Positions 11,218-20,923 of a DNA stretch of 64,000 bases are shown here, in pieces. The stretch is taken from the NCBI GenBank assembly GCA_004764695.1, contig SMSO01000004.1:806001-870000 (forward strand). The letters run 5' to 3'. Origin of the DNA: Schizochytrium sp. TIO01. Lineage: Eukaryota > Protista > Bigyra: Labyrinthulomycetes. Within the stretch, counting starts at the first letter, position 1. Every line of letters begins with the position of its first letter. The notes beneath the pieces were generated by a model that saw nothing but the letters and a program-made list of their open reading frames with translations, had not been told where the DNA came from and did no database searches. Both the position numbers and the translations under genes were made by a program.

Positions 11218-14200
11218 ATGGGTAAGGCAGCTAAGCCGGTTAGCAAAGGTGGCGCTCCTGCTGCTGGTGCAGTATTTCAAACAGGATTACCGGATGTTGA
11301 ACCATGGCCACATGTTGAGAACTATCAGAAGGACGAGTCCGAGAATACAGACTCTACCGTAGAGGTCAAACTTAATGGAACCAATGATGACACCTTCCAG
11401 CACGACTCGAATAAGGGATCAACTTCTCTTCGTGAGTGGGGCAAGCCTACTGAAGATGAGGAAATGCCTTTAGTAGTGAGTAAAATTAAAGGCTACGATA
11501 GTAAAACCTGCAAGTGGGTTTCCCTTTCAGAGTATTGTACAGAATCGGTCTTAGGAAATGTGGGTGATGACGGTCAATCTACAGATAAATGGGATATCCG
11601 GCGTATGAAAGCCGGGAGCCTTGAATTTCGCTCAAGTCTTCAGATTTTATCCTCTGGAACTATAGATTTTAGTCAAAGATTTCCATGGCTCCGGGTTGAA
11701 GAACGTGAACCTCGGACTGTCCAAGGTACGGACAAGTCTGAAGGCGCCACTCTCGAAAAGAAGCAACGAATCTTTGCAGTTCAAGTGTACTTTGATGGAA
11801 GACTCCGAGAAATCTTAGTAGATGATCTAGTCCCAATGGATGGAGACAAAATTCTCTTGGCTCATGAGATTGTAGAAGTTCCTGCGGACGATGAAGTAGA
11901 GGAGGTAAATGAAAAGAATAAGCAGGAGAACGTTAAAGCAGAAACTTCAAAAGGAGGAAAAGGCAAGCCCAAGCAGAATGAGAAAGAAGAAAAGCAAGAT
12001 AAGGAAGCTGAGGAGGAAAAACCAGTCAAGAAAGAGCCTAGAGCACCCAGGTTTAAGACAATTATGTGGTGCACCCTATTAGAAAAGGCAATAGTTTGGG
12101 CCCAGAATGAATTTGGCGGTAAAGCTGGCAAAACTCACCCTTTAGTTCTGTTGGGGCCATGTGTTTCTCTCGAAGGGGAGATGACTAATCTTGACCTGGG
12201 CAAGTTCTCTCCAAAAGAATCGGACTGGGCCCACCTGCGCGTACCCCAAGAGTCTGACTTTGTTTTTCCATCGTGGGACGAGTGGATGCGAGCAAAGGCA
12301 GAAGCAAAGAATAGTCATGATGAAGATGCGCTTGCAATTCTAGAAGGTGCCGGGGAAGCAGCCAAGGAAAAGAAGAAGCTTCACCTTGCTGCTAAATATG
12401 CTGCAGCGGATGCCCCTCAAGTGGAAGGAACTACAGAAGAACAACAACATCAAGCAAAAGAAAAGGAAAAGAAGAAGAGGGAAAAGGAAAAGAAGTCAAA
12501 ACGTAAGAAGAAAGGAAAGAAATCTCGCGATTCTGAAGATGAGTTTCTACCTCTCAATATAGCTGCCTTTGAAACAGCAGTAACTCAACATAAAACAGCT
12601 CTCGCTGAAGCAATCAGAAACCATAGGCCCCTTTGCAAGAATTTTGAACTTCTAAGAGCTTCGGGTAAAGCTCGTGCACGGATTTGCTTAAGTCGAGGAA
12701 AGGTACCTCTTCTTCCGGAGGATGCTGAGCCACTGGATCCAGAAGATCAAAACTTAAGGCAAAAAATTCTCTCTTTAGCAATGGGGAAATGGGAAGAGGT
12801 CGAAGTTGAGTTCAGGCCAAACTTTCTTTATTATATCGCGGAGGTTGGGGATCAGCGTGTTCGTCTTGTTGGTGAGCCAAAGATTGTTTCCAAAGGCACA
12901 TTGGAAACGTTTCCTTCACGAACTCAGCAAACCTTTTGGATTCAAAGAAAGGATTTGTTAGCAATTCAAGCACAAATCGATGTATGGCAATGTTTTAACC
13001 CTGAGCAAGATGCCTGCAGAATTTTATACGATTGCAACCAACCTTCTGAAGATGATTATCCAAAAGATTGTGGATATGCGCTTATACTGCCTCCGACGGG
13101 TGTAAATCAAAGTCTCGAGAACCTTCCACATGAAGCTAGCTTTACCCTTGTTTTGTCCAGAAGCGGGCCCTTGAAGAACGCGCATGCAAAGCTGCAGATT
13201 GCGACATTCATGAGTGGTTTTGTGGCTATTGAGCAGGACATTATGAGGTGTTTTGAAAACATTGGGTCTAAAACAACAGGGCAATGCCCCGAAGGAGTGG
13301 ACGTGAAAACCTATCATATCAACTTGGCAGCAGGAATTACATGCTACCGCATAAATCTCTCTTTGAACGCAATCCACGCGTATGCTCTTGATGCGTCTCA
13401 TGATTTGAACATTCATTTAGTTGGCATTGATCCCCTCGAAAACATGGTTCCAAGGTCATTACCAGTTCTGGATGCTTGGAAAGTAATCCGAGATCACGTA
13501 GGGGGTAGTGGCGACTCTGCTGAAAGGTTCTTGAAAAATGAGATCATTGACCTACCACGTGTGAAGCCCAAGGATTGGCAGTGTATCGCTCGGTATAGAG
13601 TGATGATGAATAAGGGAGAAGAAAGTGAAGAGTCATCAGAAGACACTGTCTCTCTCACAAAGCCCTGCTGTGCTACCGTAGAATTCCAGAACCCTGCTCA
13701 TAGGGAATTTTTGCAGATATGGGAAATCAACAATGAAACTGGCACACATTATCGCAGAGACTCATGTGGCATGTGGATGGCTCCAGTGTACAAACAAAAT
13801 AGAGTTGTTGACTTGATGTTTGTGTTAGTAAACTCCAGGGATGAGGGAATTATCCCTCCTGTCACATGCAAATTGAGCCTTGCATCACTTTCTGGATTCG
13901 AAAAGCTTGAGCGCTTATCTACATCCACAAGTGAACTTTTCGAGGGCGAATATATTGGTAACAACAAACGTTTGATGTTTCGGGAGTACTTTGAGGTCAT
14001 TCCCGAAGTTCTTAGCCTTCGTGTTGACATGAAAAACGACCAAGTACCATTTAAGGTGCAACTAATTTCGCAAGATGTTGAAGCCCAACTTGCAACGTGC
14101 AAGCTAGGTACTGATGCCGACGAGCTCATCGCAGAATACTCTTCAGAAAACCTTGCTTGTGGCTCTCTACCAGGCGTAGTTGAACTACATACTATCCCTT

Positions 14201-14568
14201 CTCAAGTAAGAGAGCAAGTTCGAGCTTCGCCTACTCGACGTTTGGTCATACAGGGTATAATCATGGACGAGAGTTTCTTCAGTCGTCCACCCTATTGGGC
14301 AACAAAACAGTTTCCCCAAAACTATGAAAACGAACAATGTAACCAGAACCAGAACCCCAAATCTGTCTTGTTTCAAATTAGAGCGATTGCAAGCGAACCA
14401 TTAATTCTGAAGAGAGAGACAACATGGGAGACCGCACTTCTCCGAATTCAGGCAGACTGGGAAGCCGAGCATCCTGGTCGAGCTGAAAAGGGAAGAGTTT
14501 TGCGAGAAGGATTCCGCACCGGATTTTTCGATGCGCTTCCCAGCAATCTTAATGGAGGAGAGCAATAA
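11218..14568 (+). CDS. Androglobin-like protein (degenerate calpain-like N-domain; globin domain not seen); 3' end probably continues in 14531..14869
   Basis: Calpain-family motifs VYFDGRLREILVDDLVP and MWCTLLEKA; ADGB-type C-terminal motifs (YIGNNKRLMFRE, WEAEHPGRAEKG). No calpain catalytic QxxxGDCW motif. Confidence 0.7.
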   Translation: MGKAAKPVSKGGAPAAGAVFQTGLPDVEPWPHVENYQKDESENTDSTVEVKLNGTNDDTFQHDSNKGSTSLREWGKPTEDEEMPLVVSKIKGYDSKTCKWVSLSEYCTESVLGNVGDDGQSTDKWDIRRMKAGSLEFRSSLQILSSGTIDFSQRFPWLRVEEREPRTVQGTDKSEGATLEKKQRIFAVQVYFDGRLREILVDDLVPMDGDKILLAHEIVEVPADDEVEEVNEKNKQENVKAETSKGGKGKPKQNEKEEKQDKEAEEEKPVKKEPRAPRFKTIMWCTLLEKAIVWAQNEFGGKAGKTHPLVLLGPCVSLEGEMTNLDLGKFSPKESDWAHLRVPQESDFVFPSWDEWMRAKAEAKNSHDEDALAILEGAGEAAKEKKKLHLAAKYAAADAPQVEGTTEEQQHQAKEKEKKKREKEKKSKRKKKGKKSRDSEDEFLPLNIAAFETAVTQHKTALAEAIRNHRPLCKNFELLRASGKARARICLSRGKVPLLPEDAEPLDPEDQNLRQKILSLAMGKWEEVEVEFRPNFLYYIAEVGDQRVRLVGEPKIVSKGTLETFPSRTQQTFWIQRKDLLAIQAQIDVWQCFNPEQDACRILYDCNQPSEDDYPKDCGYALILPPTGVNQSLENLPHEASFTLVLSRSGPLKNAHAKLQIATFMSGFVAIEQDIMRCFENIGSKTTGQCPEGVDVKTYHINLAAGITCYRINLSLNAIHAYALDASHDLNIHLVGIDPLENMVPRSLPVLDAWKVIRDHVGGSGDSAERFLKNEIIDLPRVKPKDWQCIARYRVMMNKGEESEESSEDTVSLTKPCCATVEFQNPAHREFLQIWEINNETGTHYRRDSCGMWMAPVYKQNRVVDLMFVLVNSRDEGIIPPVTCKLSLASLSGFEKLERLSTSTSELFEGEYIGNNKRLMFREYFEVIPEVLSLRVDMKNDQVPFKVQLISQDVEAQLATCKLGTDADELIAEYSSENLACGSLPGVVELHTIPSQVREQVRASPTRRLVIQGIIMDESFFSRPPYWATKQFPQNYENEQCNQNQNPKSVLFQIRAIASEPLILKRETTWETALLRIQADWEAEHPGRAEKGRVLREGFRTGFFDALPSNLNGGEQ

Positions 14569-14869
14569 GCCACCGGAGAAGGGAAGCAAACAGCACCCGC
14601 CTGAGGTTGATAAGCTTGCTGGAGCTCAGGAAGCACGCCTTGCAGCTCGGAAGCGTCTTTCGACAAAAATGGATAAAAATGGCAATGTGTTTTGGCGACG
14701 ATGCCCCGTACCAGCAAATGATGAAGATGAATTTATTCTGGATGAATACCAGAACCGTCAAGAGAGTATTATATTTGATGAGGAATATCTTCAGAAGCGG
14801 CGTAGTCAGCGTGCTGAATGGTATCAACAATATTCTACCCGTACAGAAAGTAAATCCGAGATTTCTTAA
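14531..14869 (+). CDS. Probable frameshifted C-terminal continuation of the androglobin-like gene
   Basis: Overlaps the end of 11218..14568 in another frame and has charged, helical coding-like composition. No obvious GT-AG intron bridges the two frames. Confidence 0.45.
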   Translation: MRFPAILMEESNKPPEKGSKQHPPEVDKLAGAQEARLAARKRLSTKMDKNGNVFWRRCPVPANDEDEFILDEYQNRQESIIFDEEYLQKRRSQRAEWYQQYSTRTESKSEIS

Positions 14870-14923
14870 GAAATTTTTAATATTCAAAACTAGAGCTCCA
14901 AATTATCCTGAAATAATTCAATT

Positions 14924-17900
14924 CTACCTGCAGAACTGGGATCGAGAACTTTCATCAGCCCATGTCTTCCTATAAATCCCAAGTTGCAGTTGATATTTAA
15001 AGATGTCGTCCGTCGTTCGCTGAATACGCTCTCCGCATGGTAATACAAGCGATTCTTCATGAATAGGGGAGTCAATTGTACTCCACTGAACTTCGATCCA
15101 AACCTCTTTGGCTTTCACTTTAACAATGCGTCCTGCAATTGTCCTCCAACAAGGAATATTTTGCTTCTCCGAAAAAATTACAAGATCACCAAGTGTGAGC
15201 TCATTGCGTGTACATGGGAGTTGAAAGTCATTTTTCGCTGTTGATGGTTTTGGTATGCGAACTCGAGCTTCTTCGGCTGAAAGTGTTGAGGCAATTAAAA
15301 TGGAGCTGGGAACAGATTTTCGTTCTCCTGATGAATTTGTAGCAAACACTTGAACTTCAACTAGGGTGTCTGGCTTGAGGCCAGAGACACGAGTCATACA
15401 ACTTTTTCCTTGATAGCCAGTTTCCCACGGTGTTACGCTAGATTGCACAGCTATCTTATCATACTTTTTGCTTATCGTTCCTTTTTGTTCCTTGTTGCTT
15501 GATTTTGGCTTCTTTGAAGCTTTCTGACTTGTTCTCAGCATTCTGTATTCAACACTATATTGAGCACACCCACTACTTGGAGGACCCCAGCGCACCAAAA
15601 AGCTGTCGGCGAAGGCTTCTACAAGTACAGGTTTTGTAGGTTGATCAGGTGCAGTTTCAAAATTTGCACGAGGAGACCACGGACTCTCAAAGGTCTTTCC
15701 CTCAAACGAAACGCACTTTGCAAGGATGCGAACAGTGTATTTGGTGTTTGGGCTTAGATCCGGAATTGCCCATGATGTGCCAGTTGTTTCATGTACTTTA
15801 CTATACTCAGCGGACTTGATTTCGATTTTGTAAACATGGTTCATTTGACCGCCCCCATGCGTCGACGTATTTGCCCATAGTTGAAATGTTTCCTGTGAAT
15901 AAGCAACTGCATTATATAATGAATTTGTTGCTTCATTTGGAACCTCGTAGACTTTCCATTTCAGCGTCGCACTTTGGCCTAGTATACGAACACGTGGAAC
16001 ACTAGGTGGAGCCAGAGGTAGTACAGTACATGGGTTGGAGAAGTTACCCATGTTGCCGTGAGGATTACTTTCACGGACCATGAATTTATACGAAACTCCT
16101 GTTTGCAGACCCACTACTTGACAACACGTCTGTTTCCCGCGATAAACAATCAATCCAGTTTGGTCCCTTGTTAACCCGTCAATACTGAGATCATACGCCA
16201 AGACTTCGTAGTATGAACCGGCCATGGTTGTTGAAAGAGCTGAAACCTTCTGGTCAACACTTCTTGGAGAACCTTGAGAAGACCAAGTCTTTGTTAAATT
16301 AGATGAAATTGTAGCAACAGGCACGTTCTGTGATGAGTTGGAACGTCTGGCATCACGGGAAGAAGCCTTGGAGGACGTTTTAGAGTTATTCCAAGTTAAA
16401 ATGCAATGCGCTACCTGGCCTTCATACTTGCAGCGTAACGCTTGGAAATGGGCAGGGGCATTCGGGGTTGTATAAAACGTTTTACGCTTAGGCGGGGACG
16501 CACCAAATGAATTGAATGCAGTGACTCGAAAGGTGTAGCTATGATTTGGCTCAAGCCCAGATACGACGTAACGGCCCTCAGGAGGCGATGGCGGGTTCGT
16601 ACGAGTAGGAGGGTCTTTCCAAAGAGTTTCGAATTTCCCATTTTCTACTCGCTCAATGCAGAAGAAACTTACTTGATTGTTCTGTCCTTGTTGAATTGAA
16701 TAAGCGAGAGTAAGAGATGTTGTATCTGAGAGATGGTCAACACGGGATACACTCACATTACCGGGAGGTTTGGAGGCCTCTTTCAGGGACGCGAATTGAT
16801 ATTTATTGATCTTTTTCTGCCGTGCCAGTGCTGACAAGAAGATTAGCCCGCGTTGTAGTTGCGCTCTTTGTTCCCGCCAATTCATGGCAATCTCAGACGG
16901 CGCTCCAGCAATCACAAGTGCTTGCTGAACCTTTTCTTCCAAAGACAGCTCGTACATGTGGTTTTGGGATGTATAATTAGTGCCTGTTCTTGAATAAGGA
17001 TTGAACGGTGCTTTTGCTTGTAAAAATTGACGCGCTGTTATCTGGAGAATCACATCCATATTTACGGTGCCTGAAAGAAGGTCCCCTTCAACTCCGCACC
17101 CTGGAAATGCATGAACTAGCCGCTTTTCTTCGTGAAGTCTCAACTGAATACCTGCCTTTGTGAGCATTGTGCGAAATAAATCAACCGGAAGCTCCCGCAG
17201 CATCTTTTTATAATACGATTGTAGTTTTGTATCGTCTCCGAAACCAGAGTAAGCCTTTGAAATTACGGTTTGAAATACAGCTGCAAGGTTTATGTCGGAG
17301 TTGGAGTTGGAGATCACTTTCACAAGTACGCTCCGCAAGTGAACCCAGTTCCAATCTTTAGAGCTTGAAAACGCGAAAGATCTTGGGGGAAGTTGATTCC
17401 AGGTGGATGTACACTCTGCTCGAGTTGCATATCCCTCGGACCATTGCGTGAATGTTGCTAAGAGTCCTTTAGCATCAATAGCTTTGAGTGCACGGCCAAC
17501 ATCTCGCCAAAGTTCAGCACGATCAGATGCCGCAAAGCCTTGCGTGAAGGCAGGAGAATCAATCAAGCGCACCAAGCTCTCTGCTTGCGCTCTTGCATTT
17601 TTTTGCTCCAACCAAAGAGTAAATTGGTGATCAGCTCCCTGCTGATAATCAGATGACTTGTCACGCCGCCCGTTCCAGAGTTTTTCTATGGTGTTTGTTT
17701 TGAGGTCAGCCTCTTCAACGAGGTTCTGAGAAAAGAGATGATCTGCCCGCAGCACTTTGCTCCGGCATTTCTCTAGGTCAGAAAGACTAATTGCATTGAT
17801 GTAATTCTCGTAGGATAATTTGAGAAGGGCCTGAAGAAGGGGGTCCACTGCGTCGAGAGGTTGGTTTAATTTGTCCTTAGCTTTGCAATCGGTCGGAAAA

Positions 17901-20900
17901 TCTTTCTTACGATCTTGATAGTAATCAGACTTATACGGGTTGCTTTCTTTCCTTTTCTTGGCTATCTCTTGTTCTTCTTTGCGCTTCTCTGCTTCCTTTT
18001 TATTTTCAAGTTCACGAATCCAGCTTTGAAATTCATCGGGACCGTATTTTTTGAAGAAGGCCTTCACCGGGAATTTCTCGCTGCCAGTTGGGGGTTTCTC
18101 CCTATCATCTAGTTTGTCAAGCGATCCTTTGTATGCGTCAACGTACTCTATGCGTGCAGCAACAAGAGCACCGCGTAGCTGTCGCTCACATGTAAGCCAA
18201 ACTTCCTTACACAGTCGTACAAACTCTTTATTAGAAGAGTCACCAGCTTTTGCATCCAGATTATAGCCCAGTTGATTTCCTTCAACGTTAAACTCATGAC
18301 TTTTTTTGGACCACGTAATGAATATTTTTTCCAGAGCACCGCTATGTAGACCTCCACAGTAAATTCGTACAAGGTGATCGGTAGAAACAAGAGCTCGGCA
18401 AGCGCGAAGCCACTCTTTGTTGTTTCTCGCAACGTCTTCAGAAAGTAATTTAAGTGCACTTTCTGTGTCTTGGATTAAGTCTTTTTGTATTTTCCACTGC
18501 TTGAAGGACAACGGTCGCTTTTCGAGGCTCTGGTTAATTTCATCGGGAGTGTTACCATCCCCAGCACCCTTTGGTTTTTTGCTCTCTGAAGAGCTGTGGT
18601 TCCAGAGGTATCTCCAGACCGAGTCAGACATTTGAGACAGGCGAATGAGCTCTTGTAGAGGTAGTCCCTTTTCATTGTTCATTGACCCTTGGTTCTGGGC
18701 ACCATCCGTAGTGAAAAAGCGTATCATTTCTCGGTAGTCAACACTTCGAGATTCCCCAAGTTCGTGATCTAATGCTTCGAAACGTTCGCAAATTCGCTTC
18801 ACCTCTGCGCTTGACAGTCGTGCGTCTTCAATAAGTTGCTGTAAACAAGTTTGAAAAGCCCTCCATGTAACACTTCCTAAATATTCCGTATCAACTGCTT
18901 CGAAAGCTGCCAGTGTATCGCGAATGCTTTCCGCGTCCGCGTTGATAAGCTGTCGAAGTTTCTCAACTTTAAAAGGTGAAAGTTCGAGCCTCAAAAATCG
19001 TAGCAGATTCTTCACATCCACACTTTCAAGCGGGTTGAACTGGCTGAATCTGCGAACTATTCGCATTATTGAGACACGGTGATGCCGCTGCCATTCTACA
19101 TGATCGTCTTCTTGTTGATTAAAATTCAGCGACCTGAAGGATTCCGATTCTTGCATTTTTGAAAGTACATGATGAAGAGCCTGGCAGACCATATTTCGCT
19201 CCTTAACATCGTTCTGCAAGAAGCCAGCAAGGGTTTTATAGAGTCCGCATGTATCATCTATGACTGCCTCTCGAAGCAAGCTAATAATGGCTTTATCTTC
19301 GGAGTTTAACGGAGCTATGAACTCATTTGGACAAATCAAATGAGTAAACGAACGGTAATAAGCAAAATTATCAGTATCTGAGGACTTTGTACTCTCGATA
19401 ACATTCCGGTTTGTTGAATCTGTTGCAGTACAGTGAACCATTGCTTGCCCTTGCATGTCTTCTTTCCTAGTAGGTTGTTGTTCCTGTGCTTGCACAAGTT
19501 TGAGACGTCGTACAATTCGACGGACCTCCGGAAGAGTGAGGTCCATCTGTAATGACAAGTTGAGAGCTTGATGAAAATCGTCGACCTCAATTGTGCCTGA
19601 AAAATCCTTCTCATATCTCTCAAAGCTTTCTAAAAGACTAGCAGTTGTATTCTTCAGCTTGACATTGTTTTTGGTTGTGGTAAGGTGCGCCTTAAAAGCC
19701 TCGATAATCTCCTCTCTAGTATAATGGGTCTCCTCTTTCTCATGAAAGAGTTGTTGCCAGGTCCGCGAACATTTTGCTGCTTTTTTAGAAATTGTTTTTC
19801 CTACCAAGCTAGGACTGATAAGCATACAAAACGCCTCAAAGGTCATTTCCTGAATTCGAGGGTGTTTTTGCATTTCCTTTGCAATCTCTTGAGGTGACCG
19901 TGGCTTTGTCGCCTTAAGCCACCCGCCAGATTTTCTCTCTGGTTCGTAGAAGAGAAATGGAAAGTTGAAGACTCGGGCCACCTCATTGATAGAAATTGAA
20001 TACTCAAGCAGCTTTGAAGCGTGTAACATATCTTGAACTTGAATAGTCCCGTCTTCAGCCACGTCCAAATCATCAAAGCATTTTCTTATCGCTTGCAGAA
20101 GTTCGTTAGTTGAGGACTGCTCACCAGCAGAGTCGGCAACAAACTGTCGAAGAAGTTTGATGAATTCGAATCGATCTTGAAGGTGAGAGGATGCATGCCT
20201 GGTGATAAGAACGTCGGGTAAAATATGTTCCCCGCGTAGATTCCCCTGCTTGCATTCTGTACTTGTTCTTCCAGTGGTCGCGCTACCTGAAGGTTTCGTT
20301 TCCATAGTAGAAAAGTTTTCGAACGGCTCATCATCCCAAAATGGACCTCCAAGAGTGACTTGATCTTCTTTAAGAGCAGATTCGACTGCTTTCGCAAAAG
20401 CAGTGTAATCGATCTCAATTTCAGCCATGTCCCCATATTTTGATCGCACTTCAAAGGCAACCAGCGCACGAGAAAGAGAGACGAGTGCAATATCAACACC
20501 AAGTTGGGCGATTGCACCATGAAAGCTGCGATGAGACAAGCTTCCTTTTTTGTCTGTATCAAAGGCTTGGAAAATGTCCACCAGACTAACATTACTTAAG
20601 TGAAGGGTTCGTGCTTTGTCTTTAAATGCCAGAAGAAGCTTTTGAAGGTCTCGTAGCCGCGGATCCGCTCGAATGCGTAATTCTTTTCTTATAGGCGAGT
20701 GACGGTAGTCTTCCAGAAGTACAAATAATAGCCGATAGTCAACATCATCTTCGCTCATGCCTTGCAGATGATTCGCGAGGCGTCGTGAGAAATTGCGTTC
20801 TTGAGCACTAGGTTGATCTGGAGTAATAAGGTTTGTCCATTTCAGACATTGTACAAAGTTACTAAACGAAATTCTTCCTGAGAGATGAATATCAAACTTG

Positions 20901-20923
20901 CTCAAACACGTCTCGTAAATCAA
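14924..20923 (-). CDS. Giant multi-EF-hand / fibronectin type III protein (C-terminal part)
   Basis: 1999-aa ORF with a TTG start, so probably not an independent gene. EF-hand loops (FDTDKKGSLS, LDVAEDGTIQ, YEKDFSGTIE, VDTEYLGSVT) and about 4 FN3 repeats (GLEPNHSYTFRVTAFN, GLQTGVSYKFMV, DLSPNTKYTVRI, GLKPDTLVEVQV). Confidence 0.85.
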   Translation of the reverse strand: MIYETCLSKFDIHLSGRISFSNFVQCLKWTNLITPDQPSAQERNFSRRLANHLQGMSEDDVDYRLLFVLLEDYRHSPIRKELRIRADPRLRDLQKLLLAFKDKARTLHLSNVSLVDIFQAFDTDKKGSLSHRSFHGAIAQLGVDIALVSLSRALVAFEVRSKYGDMAEIEIDYTAFAKAVESALKEDQVTLGGPFWDDEPFENFSTMETKPSGSATTGRTSTECKQGNLRGEHILPDVLITRHASSHLQDRFEFIKLLRQFVADSAGEQSSTNELLQAIRKCFDDLDVAEDGTIQVQDMLHASKLLEYSISINEVARVFNFPFLFYEPERKSGGWLKATKPRSPQEIAKEMQKHPRIQEMTFEAFCMLISPSLVGKTISKKAAKCSRTWQQLFHEKEETHYTREEIIEAFKAHLTTTKNNVKLKNTTASLLESFERYEKDFSGTIEVDDFHQALNLSLQMDLTLPEVRRIVRRLKLVQAQEQQPTRKEDMQGQAMVHCTATDSTNRNVIESTKSSDTDNFAYYRSFTHLICPNEFIAPLNSEDKAIISLLREAVIDDTCGLYKTLAGFLQNDVKERNMVCQALHHVLSKMQESESFRSLNFNQQEDDHVEWQRHHRVSIMRIVRRFSQFNPLESVDVKNLLRFLRLELSPFKVEKLRQLINADAESIRDTLAAFEAVDTEYLGSVTWRAFQTCLQQLIEDARLSSAEVKRICERFEALDHELGESRSVDYREMIRFFTTDGAQNQGSMNNEKGLPLQELIRLSQMSDSVWRYLWNHSSSESKKPKGAGDGNTPDEINQSLEKRPLSFKQWKIQKDLIQDTESALKLLSEDVARNNKEWLRACRALVSTDHLVRIYCGGLHSGALEKIFITWSKKSHEFNVEGNQLGYNLDAKAGDSSNKEFVRLCKEVWLTCERQLRGALVAARIEYVDAYKGSLDKLDDREKPPTGSEKFPVKAFFKKYGPDEFQSWIRELENKKEAEKRKEEQEIAKKRKESNPYKSDYYQDRKKDFPTDCKAKDKLNQPLDAVDPLLQALLKLSYENYINAISLSDLEKCRSKVLRADHLFSQNLVEEADLKTNTIEKLWNGRRDKSSDYQQGADHQFTLWLEQKNARAQAESLVRLIDSPAFTQGFAASDRAELWRDVGRALKAIDAKGLLATFTQWSEGYATRAECTSTWNQLPPRSFAFSSSKDWNWVHLRSVLVKVISNSNSDINLAAVFQTVISKAYSGFGDDTKLQSYYKKMLRELPVDLFRTMLTKAGIQLRLHEEKRLVHAFPGCGVEGDLLSGTVNMDVILQITARQFLQAKAPFNPYSRTGTNYTSQNHMYELSLEEKVQQALVIAGAPSEIAMNWREQRAQLQRGLIFLSALARQKKINKYQFASLKEASKPPGNVSVSRVDHLSDTTSLTLAYSIQQGQNNQVSFFCIERVENGKFETLWKDPPTRTNPPSPPEGRYVVSGLEPNHSYTFRVTAFNSFGASPPKRKTFYTTPNAPAHFQALRCKYEGQVAHCILTWNNSKTSSKASSRDARRSNSSQNVPVATISSNLTKTWSSQGSPRSVDQKVSALSTTMAGSYYEVLAYDLSIDGLTRDQTGLIVYRGKQTCCQVVGLQTGVSYKFMVRESNPHGNMGNFSNPCTVLPLAPPSVPRVRILGQSATLKWKVYEVPNEATNSLYNAVAYSQETFQLWANTSTHGGGQMNHVYKIEIKSAEYSKVHETTGTSWAIPDLSPNTKYTVRILAKCVSFEGKTFESPWSPRANFETAPDQPTKPVLVEAFADSFLVRWGPPSSGCAQYSVEYRMLRTSQKASKKPKSSNKEQKGTISKKYDKIAVQSSVTPWETGYQGKSCMTRVSGLKPDTLVEVQVFATNSSGERKSVPSSILIASTLSAEEARVRIPKPSTAKNDFQLPCTRNELTLGDLVIFSEKQNIPCWRTIAGRIVKVKAKEVWIEVQWSTIDSPIHEESLVLPCGERIQRTTDDIFKYQLQLGIYRKTWADESSRSQFCR

